Below, piece after piece: positions 19,347 to 29,855 of a DNA stretch of 64,000 nt. The first letter of the stretch is position 1. Every line of letters starts with the position of its first letter. The DNA comes from Bacteroidia bacterium (GTDB lineage Bacteria; Bacteroidota; Bacteroidia; NS11-12g; UBA955). The stretch is taken from positions 15,860 through 79,859 of the forward strand of contig JAOASJ010000008.1 in NCBI GenBank assembly GCA_030158725.1, given 5' to 3'. The position numbers were made by a program, and so were the translations under genes. The notes beneath the pieces are model-generated. The model ran no database searches. It saw only the letters and a list, made by a program, of their open reading frames with translations, and was not told the DNA's origin.

Positions 19347-20609
19347 TTATTTATTTTCTTCAAGCGCTGCATCTAAATCAAAGATCAGCGTGAAACGCAA
19401 TTGGTTTTGCAAAGGATGTCTTTGAACAAATGGCACTAGGTAAGCAGCATCTAATCCAAAAACCTTGTAGCGAATTCCAAAACCGAAGGTTGCATATTTT
19501 CTATTTCCTTTTGTTTTGGCTTCGTTGAAGTAACCAGCTCTAAGGAAAAACTGTTTGGCATAAATGTATTCTAAACCTAAAGAGATGTTGTATTCTTTTA
19601 ACTCTTCTCTTAATCCACCTGGAGCATCAGCAAAAGATTTCAATGCTGCAGAAATAACTGGATCATCGCTACGTGTTCTTTCATAAACCTTTACGGTTGT
19701 ACCATTGTCATCTATCAAAGAGTCGTTCAAACCTGTATAGTCTTTCAAAACATTAACACCAGGAGTTGGCACCATTAGTTTATTAAAATCTAACATACCA
19801 GTGATTGAATTGTATTGGTCGATGTCGTAAGACCAAGCAGTTCCAATTTTCAAGTTAGCTGGAATGTATTCTTTATTTGTTTTATCAGAATAAGTGATTT
19901 TCGCACCTAAGTTTTGCAAGTTGATACCAACTGTGTAACGCAAATCTTTCTTTTCACCTTTGATTTTAGCTTTCAATGAACCTTTATACAAAGCTGAAAT
20001 ATCACCAGCACCACTTCTTCCTACTTTTGGGGTAATACCGTTTAGAGGACGGGTACCAGCCAAATTAGAATTGACAAATTTCAATGTTGTACCAATAGCC
20101 CAATGTTTACTTAATTGGGTAGCGTAACAAATATCAACTGCATATTCAGATGGCTTGAAAGTTCCTAGAGGATTTCCAACATCATCTGTAAAGTTAATTT
20201 CACCAAAAGTAAAGAAACGGAAAGAACCACCGATAACAGAACGTTGGTTGCTTCTGATTTTGGTATAACCTGCTAAGTAGTTGTATGAGATTCCAGGAAC
20301 CAAGGCACGTAACCATGGTGCGTATGATGTAGCAATACCTGCTTTTTTATCGGCGAAAGCCAAAGAAGCAGCATTCCAAAACACTGAATTTGCATCAGCA
20401 GAACTGGCAACACCTGCATCACCCATACCAGCACGGCGGCTATCTGGTGTAATCGTTAAGAAAGGAACAGCAGTGGTAATAACGTTTTGCTGACCAGCAA
20501 GCATGCTTCTGCTTATAGATTGCGTTTGTGCATCTGCTTGAGATACACTAAGAATAAAAGAAAGCGAACTGGCTACGAAACCAATTTTTCGGATGTTTAA
20601 AATAGACAT
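19347..20609 (-). CDS. porV: T9SS outer-membrane shuttle PorV
   Basis: ITTAVPFLTITPD, GMGDAGVA, SYAPWL, SFADAPGG..EE, KGNRKY; adjacent to porU. Confidence 0.9.
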   Translation of the reverse strand: MSILNIRKIGFVASSLSFILSVSQADAQTQSISRSMLAGQQNVITTAVPFLTITPDSRRAGMGDAGVASSADANSVFWNAASLAFADKKAGIATSYAPWLRALVPGISYNYLAGYTKIRSNQRSVIGGSFRFFTFGEINFTDDVGNPLGTFKPSEYAVDICYATQLSKHWAIGTTLKFVNSNLAGTRPLNGITPKVGRSGAGDISALYKGSLKAKIKGEKKDLRYTVGINLQNLGAKITYSDKTNKEYIPANLKIGTAWSYDIDQYNSITGMLDFNKLMVPTPGVNVLKDYTGLNDSLIDDNGTTVKVYERTRSDDPVISAALKSFADAPGGLREELKEYNISLGLEYIYAKQFFLRAGYFNEAKTKGNRKYATFGFGIRYKVFGLDAAYLVPFVQRHPLQNQLRFTLIFDLDAALEENK

Positions 20610-20678
20610 TAACAATTAAAATTATTTGCGTAATTTTCTAATCAATAGTGGGCAAATATATCATTCTTTCGAATATTT

Positions 20679-23600
20679 TTAGTTTAAAATAACTAATTTT
20701 TCTACTTTTTCAGCTTTTTGTCCATCTTCTGTTGTTACCACAATGCGGTAAATATAGACGCCTTTGGCTGGTTTATCATCGTAATCATCACGGCCATTCC
20801 ACTGAATACCGCTGATATGTGCCTCGGCATTACTGAAATTTTCATCAATGGTCTTAATCACTTTTCCGCTTATGGTCATAACTGTAATCACCACATGAAG
20901 ATTGTCTCCTGAACGGTTGTGGTCGAACAAGAAACTGGTGTTGTTGTTGAATGGATTTGGATAATTATAAACGTGTTGAATGGTAAATTGAGCATTGTTT
21001 TTAATCACAAATTCAATAGTGGCTTCATTAGAATTGTTGTAAACATCCCATACCTTTAGGGTATAAGTGTGCTTACCATCTGCAATACCTTCCAATTGGT
21101 AACGTATATCACCTGTGGTGTATGAATTCAATTTGGCTGAGTAAAAGCTATTTAATACAAAACGTTTTTCTTGTGCAGTACCTTTGTCAATAATGGCTAT
21201 GATATCACGGCCAATACCGATGCCTGAAGTATTTATTCCATTCTCATCGTAAACACGTGCAAGCAATAAAGGACTGTTGTCTGTTAATCCACCACTTACG
21301 AAAGAATAATCGTCAACAAACAATTCGATTTCTGGGCCTTTTACATCTTGGGTGGTAGAATTGGAGGTGCCACCAACCATGAAGTCGAGGTAGTGACCAG
21401 TTGCATCGGTCACCTGATTTTCGGCGTATAAACTTATTTTACCATATCCATAATTGTAGTTGATGTCTTTAGGAACGACAAATGAAAAGCGGTAATCACC
21501 ATTTACAACTGAGTTTTCACCCTTGTACAAAACACTGCTGTATAGTTTAAACGGAATTTCTTGGCTAGGCAAGTCATTACTTAAAGTATTGAATGTAGAT
21601 TGCTTATCATAAACAATTGGGAAAATAGTTCCATTAAAACCAGTCTGTTTGGCTCCAAATACATCTTCAATATGGCCCACAAAGGTTACCTTGCTTAGAG
21701 CTTTTAGAGTATCTGACTTTGATGAAACACCTGAGCTGTTGATGCTGTCAATTTTAACAATATGTTCAGGATAATTCATAACCAAAGCAGGATCAGCAAA
21801 TAAGGTAAATCGTCTATCATTAGAATTTTGACCTCCCCCGTTTTTCAATTTTTTATATACTTCGCCCAAAGTTGGCCATTTGCCATTTTGTTTGACATAG
21901 GCACAGTTAGACCAAAAATATCTTGTTATATCGGCGTTGGCCCCTGCATACACAATACGAACAGTGGTAAACATTGCAATCGCCCCTCCGTTGGGCTGTG
22001 TAATAACATATTCACCCGCACTTTTTTGCATGGCATCGTCATATCGACTGAAAGAACATGTTGCAGTAAAAAACACAGGTAAGTTGTTCGAGTTTTTCAA
22101 AGAAGTTACCAAAGGAATATCAATTACTTTTTCCGATGCTAAATATTCCTCACCTCCATGACCAACATAATTGAAGATTAAAGTTCCTTGCTCAAACTCC
22201 TTTTTAATAGCAGCTTGGGCTTCTGGATAACGTTGAGATCCACTTAAATTCTCTTGTTTGAAGGCGTCAAAATAAACTTTTCTAACGTTTAGATTCTTGA
22301 AAGTTGTATCAATGTTTCGAGACATCGTTTCAAAGTCAAAAACAAAATCTTTTTCCCAATCTAAATCGGCATCGTCTGCAGCTAAGGTAACCACATTACG
22401 CCAAGCCCCCAAGGATTCTTTGTCTTTATAGTGCTTGATTTTTTCAACCATGTTGTTGGCTTCTGCAACGCTTGCAACAGGCAAACGGGTAACTGCAATT
22501 TCTAATTTTTGCTCATCTTCCCACTTTCCATCTAAAGGATCTAAATATCCAAAAAAGTCATCAGAACAATAATAGTTTTCATACAATGGAATATTCATTT
22601 TTTCATCCGATTCATACACAGGAATGAAACTACTTTTAAACCCTAATTTGTTTTTATAGTCGTAACTCGCATCGCCCATAAACATGGCATAGCGGAGTTG
22701 GTTAAGCGGATTGGTGTTTTTGTAGTAAAACAATGAAAAGAAATCGCGGATAGCGGAAATATCTTGTGAGCCACTTGAGAACTCGTTGTAAATTTGTTGA
22801 GGAGTAACCACCAAAACTTCAAGATTATCGCGGGTTCTATGCCATGCAGCTAAATCGTTGGCTGCATCTATAAATTCAGGTGCGGAAACGATGATAAACT
22901 GAAAATTACCTAGGCCATGCAAATCTTGGTTGCCCACCTGCTCTTCAAAAACAGGACTTAAATAATTGCCATCGGTAAGGGCAAATTCTTTTATTTTTCC
23001 TTGAGGCTGATCGCGGAAAACCATTTCACTATTTAAAGAAAAAACATTTTGCAACTGAGGATTTAAAGGATCAGACACATCAAATATTTGAGCTGAATTG
23101 GGTAAATTATTTAAACGGTATTCAGAAACGGTACTTGTTCTAGAATTTATATTTCTAAAACCCATAAACGATTCGCTGTAGCTCAGATTTCTAGAGCAAT
23201 GTATTTCATAATAGTCAAGCCAAGCTTTAGAACTTGAAATGGGTTTATTGTATGAAAACTGCAACTGCAAGTTTGAAGAAGCAGGCACTTGCAAAGTCTT
23301 AATTCCCGATTCGACAAAGCAGGCATCAGGATTAAAAAGAGCGGACAAACTTGTAACGTCGGTGGTATTTGTGTTTGCTTTTAATATAACGTTACTAGAA
23401 ACAGCAGAAACAGCCCCAACTTGATATTTAACAAGTAAGGGTAAATTGCCAGAGATATTCGGTAAGTTATGGTTAAAAGAATAGCTTAAAGTTTGGTCAA
23501 ATTTTTCACCCAATAAAGTGCGGCCTTGGTGGCAAATATTTTCTTTTTCATCCTCATGAAATTCGAAATAGTTGAACCAATTAAAACTAGAATCGGCAAC

Positions 23601-24497
23601 TAAATTATTACCATCTGCTTTATTTGAAATTCTTTTACCTGGCGCGCCATTGGCGGTGATAAAGAAAAAGGTTTTATCAGAATAAATATTGGTTTGGTGT
23701 GCGTATGTAGAATTGGCAGAATTATACTTCCATTTATGGGGTGCTTGGGCATAAAAAAGAATATAATCGCTTGCATTAAAAATACCATCATTCTCCCCTA
23801 CCACTATGATAGAATTTTCAGGCAAATCGTCGTGGCGAAAAGCACTATTATCTTCAGGCAACATACCACCTTGGTGGCTGTATACTTTAAGGTTTTTAGG
23901 ATTGACAGTGTTGAGGTCTAATCCAGCATTTTGGAGAGTGGCACCATCTATTTTATAAAAACCATCTTTTGTTACGCTAAATTTAAACCATTTACCAGAA
24001 GCTAAAGCAGAATTGCTTACTGCTCTTTTTTTAGAATTTATGTTTGACAAAGGAACAACTGGTCCTGCTTGCATTGAATATTTAAAATCTACTAGTTTAT
24101 AGTAACGTCCAGCTTCTTCTTTGAAAGGACAGATATAAAAACCAGAGTACAATTGACTGCCTTCGTATGAGTACCAAATTACAGGTTCAGGACTTCCTTT
24201 TAAATTTTTAAGGAAGTTGGTTTTAAAATCTTCAAAACCGTCCAATAATTCATATTTAAGATCGGTAAAAACAAACGTTGCACGCGAGTTAGATTTGAAA
24301 TTTTGTGCAATGGCTGGCAATTTAACCCCATTGAATTGGTGGGAAGAAAGTGAAAAATTATAGGATAAGGGACGTGAATTGGCTGTTGATTTTACCCAAT
24401 CTATATGAATTACAGATTCTGAGGCAACGTTTTGAGAAAAAACATTGTTTAGTAACAACAAGCTTAACAACAAGAATATATTCGATAATTTTAACAT
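20679..24497 (-). CDS. porU: T9SS sortase PorU (gingipain-like C25)
   Basis: IYNEFSSG..DI, MGDASYDYK, NYVGHGG, TATC, NYPNPF CTD. Confidence 0.9.
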   Translation of the reverse strand: MLKLSNIFLLLSLLLLNNVFSQNVASESVIHIDWVKSTANSRPLSYNFSLSSHQFNGVKLPAIAQNFKSNSRATFVFTDLKYELLDGFEDFKTNFLKNLKGSPEPVIWYSYEGSQLYSGFYICPFKEEAGRYYKLVDFKYSMQAGPVVPLSNINSKKRAVSNSALASGKWFKFSVTKDGFYKIDGATLQNAGLDLNTVNPKNLKVYSHQGGMLPEDNSAFRHDDLPENSIIVVGENDGIFNASDYILFYAQAPHKWKYNSANSTYAHQTNIYSDKTFFFITANGAPGKRISNKADGNNLVADSSFNWFNYFEFHEDEKENICHQGRTLLGEKFDQTLSYSFNHNLPNISGNLPLLVKYQVGAVSAVSSNVILKANTNTTDVTSLSALFNPDACFVESGIKTLQVPASSNLQLQFSYNKPISSSKAWLDYYEIHCSRNLSYSESFMGFRNINSRTSTVSEYRLNNLPNSAQIFDVSDPLNPQLQNVFSLNSEMVFRDQPQGKIKEFALTDGNYLSPVFEEQVGNQDLHGLGNFQFIIVSAPEFIDAANDLAAWHRTRDNLEVLVVTPQQIYNEFSSGSQDISAIRDFFSLFYYKNTNPLNQLRYAMFMGDASYDYKNKLGFKSSFIPVYESDEKMNIPLYENYYCSDDFFGYLDPLDGKWEDEQKLEIAVTRLPVASVAEANNMVEKIKHYKDKESLGAWRNVVTLAADDADLDWEKDFVFDFETMSRNIDTTFKNLNVRKVYFDAFKQENLSGSQRYPEAQAAIKKEFEQGTLIFNYVGHGGEEYLASEKVIDIPLVTSLKNSNNLPVFFTATCSFSRYDDAMQKSAGEYVITQPNGGAIAMFTTVRIVYAGANADITRYFWSNCAYVKQNGKWPTLGEVYKKLKNGGGQNSNDRRFTLFADPALVMNYPEHIVKIDSINSSGVSSKSDTLKALSKVTFVGHIEDVFGAKQTGFNGTIFPIVYDKQSTFNTLSNDLPSQEIPFKLYSSVLYKGENSVVNGDYRFSFVVPKDINYNYGYGKISLYAENQVTDATGHYLDFMVGGTSNSTTQDVKGPEIELFVDDYSFVSGGLTDNSPLLLARVYDENGINTSGIGIGRDIIAIIDKGTAQEKRFVLNSFYSAKLNSYTTGDIRYQLEGIADGKHTYTLKVWDVYNNSNEATIEFVIKNNAQFTIQHVYNYPNPFNNNTSFLFDHNRSGDNLHVVITVMTISGKVIKTIDENFSNAEAHISGIQWNGRDDYDDKPAKGVYIYRIVVTTEDGQKAEKVEKLVILN

Positions 24498-24626
24498 TTT
24501 ACGAAACAAAATTAAGATTTAATTAGCACTTGAACGAAGCCCTTTAAAAAAAATTGCAGAAAAAATATGAAATTACCAAAAAATGACAATATCTTTGCTT
24601 CAAATCCGTTTTACGACAAAATGCAT

Positions 24627-25616
24627 ATGAAAAAAATCTACGGTTTAATCATAGGTCTTGCTTGCGCATCACAAGCATACGCACAAGACCCGGAATTCAC
24701 GCAGTTCTATGCTGCCCCAGTCTATACCAACCCAGCAATGGCAGGTACAGCCTTTTGTGGCAGACAATCTGCGGGAAGAATGTCCATCAATTACAGAAAC
24801 CAATGGCCTAGTTTGCCAGGAACTTTCCGTTCATTCAACGCAAGTTATGACCAACACTATGACAAAATTGGTGGTGGTATTGGCTTAATGGCAACTTATG
24901 ACAGAGCAGGTGCTGGTTTATTAACCACAACATCTTTAAGTGGTGTTTACTCATATGTATTGCCAATTAACAAATACTTCTTCTTAAGAGGTGGTTTACA
25001 AGCTTCATTTGTAAACAAATCAATTGACCACAGCAAATTGAGATTCGGTGACCAAATCCATCCAACACAAGGATTCGTATTGCCTACTCAAGAGCCTACT
25101 GCTGACGCATCAGTAGTTTATCCAAACTTCGCTGCTGGTTTATTGGCATACTCAGAAAGATTTTATGCTGGTTTTGCGATGCACAACATCACCCAACCAG
25201 TTCAATCGTTTTATAGCAACAACGACGGTATCGTTCCAAGAAGATATACTGTTCACGCTGGTGTTGTAATTCCATTGGATAGAAAAAAATTCTCACAAGC
25301 AACGTTCTCTCCAAATGCATTGTTCATGATGCAACAAAACTTTACCCAAATCAACTTTGGTTTTTATGTAAATAAAGGACCAATCGTAACTGGTTTATGG
25401 TACAGACAAACCTTAGGAACCTATGGCAACTCTGATGCGTTAATGGTTTTGCTTGGATTTAGAAAAGACAGATTCAAATTTGGTTACAGCTATGATATCA
25501 CAGTATCATCAGCGCGTTCAGCAGCTCCAGGTAGTCACGAAATCAGTGCTACTGTTGACTGGTGTTTAAGAGACAGACCTTTAAGATTTAAACCTTTAAG
25601 ATGTCCTGACTTTTGA
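24627..25616 (+). CDS. PorP/SprF family T9SS membrane protein
   Basis: QDPEFTQFY..P...NPAMAG, NYRNQW, GYSYD, GSHEIS. Confidence 0.9.
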   Translation: MKKIYGLIIGLACASQAYAQDPEFTQFYAAPVYTNPAMAGTAFCGRQSAGRMSINYRNQWPSLPGTFRSFNASYDQHYDKIGGGIGLMATYDRAGAGLLTTTSLSGVYSYVLPINKYFFLRGGLQASFVNKSIDHSKLRFGDQIHPTQGFVLPTQEPTADASVVYPNFAAGLLAYSERFYAGFAMHNITQPVQSFYSNNDGIVPRRYTVHAGVVIPLDRKKFSQATFSPNALFMMQQNFTQINFGFYVNKGPIVTGLWYRQTLGTYGNSDALMVLLGFRKDRFKFGYSYDITVSSARSAAPGSHEISATVDWCLRDRPLRFKPLRCPDF

Positions 25617-25687
25617 TAAAATTTGGTAATCAAACAATAAAATAACATATTTGCAGTTAATATAGTATCCAACACACAATAGATCAA

Positions 25688-27205
25688 ATGAAAATAAGAA
25701 AGAATTTATTTGCCTTATCAACTGTTCTAGCAGCAACTTTGATTCTTGCTCCATCATGTGGAAAGAAGAATAACGGTTCACAAACCACAGGGTTTGGCTA
25801 CAACAGCAAAAAATGGGGCGGATTTGAGAACCACAAATACAAAGGCCAAGAAACTGGTCCTGGATTAGTCCTTGTACCTTCTGGTGCATTTGTTATGGGT
25901 TCTTCAGAACAAGATGTATTATATGAATACAACAGTGTAGAAAGAAAAGTAACCGTTAACTCATTCTATATGGATGAAGCTGAAATCAGCAACTTACAAT
26001 ATGGTGAGTATGTATACTGGTTACAAAAAGTTTTCATTACTTACCCAGAAGTATACAAACAAGCGCTTCCAGATACTTTATGCTGGAGAAACAGATTGGC
26101 ATTTAACGAGCCATATGTAGAATATTATTTCCGTCACCCTGCTTACAAAGACTATCCTGTAGTTGGTGTTAGCTGGTTACAAGCAACTGCTTTCGCAGAT
26201 TGGAGAACTGACCGTGTAAACGAGATGATTCTTGACAGAGAAAAAATCCACCCTTACGTAGACAAACGTGTTGTTGACCAAGACAACTTCAACACCAAAT
26301 CATATTTGGCTAACCAATACGATCCTGCTACCCGTAAAAAAGGTAAAGGCATGATGAGAGATTACAGAACCAAAAAAGGCAAAAGAGACGTAGCTGTTAA
26401 AGACGGTATCTTATTACCAGAATACAGACTACCAACTGAAGCTGAATGGGAATATGCAGCTCAAGGTGCTATCGGTAACTCTCAATTTGAGAACACCGAC
26501 GAAAAAAGAATCTACGCTTGGAATGACCTAACCGTTAGAATGACGCATGGTAAAGAAAAAGATAGAGGTAAAATTATGGCTAACTTTAAAAGAGACAAAG
26601 GGGACCAAGGTGGTATCGCTTCTCAGTTAAACGATGCTGGTTTCATTACCACTCCTGTTTTCTCATACTGGCCTAACGACTACGGTTTATACAACATGGC
26701 TGGCAACGTTAGCGAATGGGTAAAAGACGTATACCGTCCTCTATCTTTAGAAGATATGGATGACTTCAATACCTTCCGTGGTAACGTGTTCACTCAAGTT
26801 CAATTAGATGAGTATGGTGAAATTTCTGAGAAAGATTCATTAGGTCGTTTAGTTTTCGAACCAGTTAAAGAGTCTCAAAACATCAACAGAAGAAACTACA
26901 AAGTGTCTGATAACATCGGTTACAAAGATGCTTCTACTTATAACAACGAAGAGCAACAATATGAATATGGTGTAACTACCTTAATCAATGATAAAGCCCG
27001 CGTTTACAAAGGTGGTTCATGGAACGATAGAGCATACTGGATGAGTCCAGGTACACGCAGATGGTTAGATGAAAACTTATCTACCTCTACTATCGGTTTC
27101 CGTTGCGCTATGATCAGAATTGGTTCTCCAATTGGTAACAGCAGCAAACGCAACAAAGTACTACCTTCTAGTGGTATCGGTAAGAAAAACAAAAAAATGA
27201 GATAA
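25688..27205 (+). CDS. gldJ: Gliding motility lipoprotein GldJ (FGE/SUMF1 domain)
   Basis: Lipobox; ALPDTLCWR, RHPAYKDYPVVGV, WRTDRVNE, RLPTEAEWEYAA; divergent from porU. Confidence 0.85.
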   Translation: MKIRKNLFALSTVLAATLILAPSCGKKNNGSQTTGFGYNSKKWGGFENHKYKGQETGPGLVLVPSGAFVMGSSEQDVLYEYNSVERKVTVNSFYMDEAEISNLQYGEYVYWLQKVFITYPEVYKQALPDTLCWRNRLAFNEPYVEYYFRHPAYKDYPVVGVSWLQATAFADWRTDRVNEMILDREKIHPYVDKRVVDQDNFNTKSYLANQYDPATRKKGKGMMRDYRTKKGKRDVAVKDGILLPEYRLPTEAEWEYAAQGAIGNSQFENTDEKRIYAWNDLTVRMTHGKEKDRGKIMANFKRDKGDQGGIASQLNDAGFITTPVFSYWPNDYGLYNMAGNVSEWVKDVYRPLSLEDMDDFNTFRGNVFTQVQLDEYGEISEKDSLGRLVFEPVKESQNINRRNYKVSDNIGYKDASTYNNEEQQYEYGVTTLINDKARVYKGGSWNDRAYWMSPGTRRWLDENLSTSTIGFRCAMIRIGSPIGNSSKRNKVLPSSGIGKKNKKMR

Positions 27206-27221
27206 TCTCAAAACAATATTT

Positions 27222-27252
27222 AAAAATCCCGAAGCAATTCGGGATTTTTTTT
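27222..27252 (+). terminator. Rho-independent terminator
   Basis: AAAAATCCCGAA-gcaa-TTCGGGATTTTTTT. Confidence 0.85.
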
Positions 27253-27341
27253 GCTTTATACTTTCCTACCCTCTCTTAAAAGGAAAACTAAAACTTTAGA
27301 ATCTATTGAGTACTTTTGCAAAGCGATAAGCAGCAGCAAGC

Positions 27342-28607
27342 ATGAGATTTGAACAATACGATTTCCTTCCCTTAATTAAAGAAAATTTGGCCACCCTTGG
27401 TTTTAAAAAACCAACAGATATCCAATACAAAGCCATTAGTCCCATAATGAAAGGAGAAGATGTACTTGCCATTGCTCAAACAGGTACAGGTAAAACAGCC
27501 GCATTTGCTATCCCTTTATTAGACTTTATTGCCAAACAAAAAAAGGTTGTTAAATACAATGGCATTAAATGTTTGGTTATGGTGCCTACCCGCGAATTGG
27601 CCATACAAATTGCTGAAGCATTCGATGCAATTGGAAAAGGCACCGGCGTTCATGTATTAAGTTTGTATGGAGGCGTTGACCAAGACAATCAAATCTTTAA
27701 ACTCAAACATGGTGTCGATATCTTAATTAGCACACCAGGCAGAATGTTTGATTTGATTAACCAAGGTTTTGTGGATTTGAAAAATTTAGAAACTTTGGTG
27801 GTTGATGAAGCCGACCATATGCTCGATTTGGGCTTCTTAAAAGACATTACAGACATTATGCGCCATATCCCAAGGGAAAGACAAACCTTGTTCTTTTCGG
27901 CGACTATAAATGAGCGTATTAAAAAATTGGCCTATAGCATTGTTAGAAATGCTATACGTATCCAAATTTCACCAGACAATCCGGTTAACAAAAACATTGA
28001 ACACGCCGTGGCTTTCATTGAAATGGACGACAAACGTTTTTTCATGGAACGCTTGGTCAATGAATTCCCGGAAAGCAAGATTATAATATTTGTTAGAACC
28101 AAAGTAAGAGCAGAAAGGGTTTGCAAGGCCCTAGAACGCGCTGGCATACATTCTGAGACCATTCACGGCGACAAGGAGCAATCTGACCGTATGTCGGTGT
28201 TAAACGACTTTAAATTGGGCAAAAACAATATTCTTATCGCAACCGATGTGAGTTCTCGTGGTATCGATATTCCCAATGTAGATTATGTGGTCAACTACGA
28301 TTTACCCGAAGTCCCTGAAAACTATGTACACAGAGTTGGCCGTACCGGTAGAGGTGTACAAAAAGGTCAAGCCGTTTCATTTTGCAGCAAGGAAGAAAAG
28401 ACTTTGTTGAATGACATTGAAGAATACATAGGCAGTCCCGTTGAAGTGATGAAAATCGACAAAGGCTTGTATGAGGAAACCATCAGTTTTACCAACGACG
28501 AAACCCAAAACGATTGGCGTTCACTGTTAAAAGAGGACGAAGAAAATTCTAAAAAGACTTATGTTGCGCCAGTAAAAGGCAGACCTAAGAAAAAAAACAA
28601 GAAATAG
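27342..28607 (+). CDS. DEAD-box RNA helicase
   Basis: AQTGTGKT, PTRELA, TPGR, DEAD, SAT, HRVGRTGR. Confidence 0.95.
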   Translation: MRFEQYDFLPLIKENLATLGFKKPTDIQYKAISPIMKGEDVLAIAQTGTGKTAAFAIPLLDFIAKQKKVVKYNGIKCLVMVPTRELAIQIAEAFDAIGKGTGVHVLSLYGGVDQDNQIFKLKHGVDILISTPGRMFDLINQGFVDLKNLETLVVDEADHMLDLGFLKDITDIMRHIPRERQTLFFSATINERIKKLAYSIVRNAIRIQISPDNPVNKNIEHAVAFIEMDDKRFFMERLVNEFPESKIIIFVRTKVRAERVCKALERAGIHSETIHGDKEQSDRMSVLNDFKLGKNNILIATDVSSRGIDIPNVDYVVNYDLPEVPENYVHRVGRTGRGVQKGQAVSFCSKEEKTLLNDIEEYIGSPVEVMKIDKGLYEETISFTNDETQNDWRSLLKEDEENSKKTYVAPVKGRPKKKNKK

Positions 28608-29855
28608 CTAGTCTTTGTTGAAGACGCTTAACATTCTGCTGCCTTTAATCATGCATTCTTCATATTCTTGTTCAGGACAAGAATCGTAGGTTATTGCGCT
28701 TCCTACTTTATACGAAATTTCGTTGCTTTCAGACGTGTGGATTAAGGTCCTAATGCAGACATTGAAATCGAAATTGCCATTGGGTTCAAGATATCCAATA
28801 CAACCACTGTAAAACCCACGTGCCTGACTTTCATATTCTAAAATATGTTTCATTACTTCCAACTTAGGTGCACCAGTCATGCTGCCCATGGGAAACAAGG
28901 CTTCAAAAGCATTTAAAGATGAAATGCTTTCGTTTAATTCAGATTCTATGGTAGACACCAAATGGTTAACCGATTTGTAAGCATATGCCCCGCAAAGCTC
29001 TTTAACCTTTACCGTGCCCGGTTTTGATATCTTAGCCATGTCGTTTCTCACCAAATCTACGATCATGACATTCTCGGCTCTCTCTTTTACAGAGCTACTC
29101 AATGCATTTAATTGTTGCGTATTTTCATCGCCAATTAGTCGCTTGTTTGTTCCCTTAATTGGCTGCGACAATAAATGCTGCCCTTCCCTTTTGATAAAAC
29201 GCTCAGGTGAACTGCATAGCATGGTCATCTTAGGATGTTTTACATAAGCCGCAAAAGGCGCTTGGGTCAAATGGTTCAGTTCCATAAAGCAAGGCAATAA
29301 ATTATCCGCTTTTAGCTCTGCTTTGAATTCTATGCAATAATTCATTTCATAAAATACCCCATTGTATATATCAGTTCTTATTTGCTCAATCTGCTTGACG
29401 TATTGGTCTTTTGAGGTTTTGGTTTGGAACTCGGCAGTCAAATTAAGTACAATCTGTTCATACGAATACGTTTCGAAACCACTTACCCAATTATTAAAGT
29501 CTTGTTCATTAACACCATTGTTTATTATACTTAATGTTTTGCTGTTTTTCAAAATTGAAAACACCATCAAGGGTTCAAACACCAGAGCATTGTCAATGTC
29601 TTCAACTTGGGCGTAAGGAATGGCTAAAAATTTCCAGAAACTTGATTGTTCAGCCTCTATTAATTGTTGGCTTAAACTTCCATTGTATTTTCTTTTTGAA
29701 CCAAGGCCAATTAAAAATTCATAGACATCATCGGCACATGCAGATTCATTTTGATTGCTGTCATAGATATGGCAAACCTCGAATTGATTTGCAAAGTGGT
29801 AAAGCCTTGTTTTTAGTGCTTCTAATTCTTCTAAATTAAAATCAATTGTCTTCAT
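28608..29855 (-). CDS. pabB: Aminodeoxychorismate synthase/anthranilate synthase component I family
   Basis: SSPERF, PIKGT, KERAENVMIVDLVRND, FPMGSMTGAPK. Confidence 0.8.
   Translation of the reverse strand: MKTIDFNLEELEALKTRLYHFANQFEVCHIYDSNQNESACADDVYEFLIGLGSKRKYNGSLSQQLIEAEQSSFWKFLAIPYAQVEDIDNALVFEPLMVFSILKNSKTLSIINNGVNEQDFNNWVSGFETYSYEQIVLNLTAEFQTKTSKDQYVKQIEQIRTDIYNGVFYEMNYCIEFKAELKADNLLPCFMELNHLTQAPFAAYVKHPKMTMLCSSPERFIKREGQHLLSQPIKGTNKRLIGDENTQQLNALSSSVKERAENVMIVDLVRNDMAKISKPGTVKVKELCGAYAYKSVNHLVSTIESELNESISSLNAFEALFPMGSMTGAPKLEVMKHILEYESQARGFYSGCIGYLEPNGNFDFNVCIRTLIHTSESNEISYKVGSAITYDSCPEQEYEECMIKGSRMLSVFNKD

Noticed and set aside
25688-27205. gldK or sulfatase-modifying enzyme
   Set aside because: WRTDRVNE/ALPDTL motifs, porU adjacency and absence of downstream gldLMN favour gldJ
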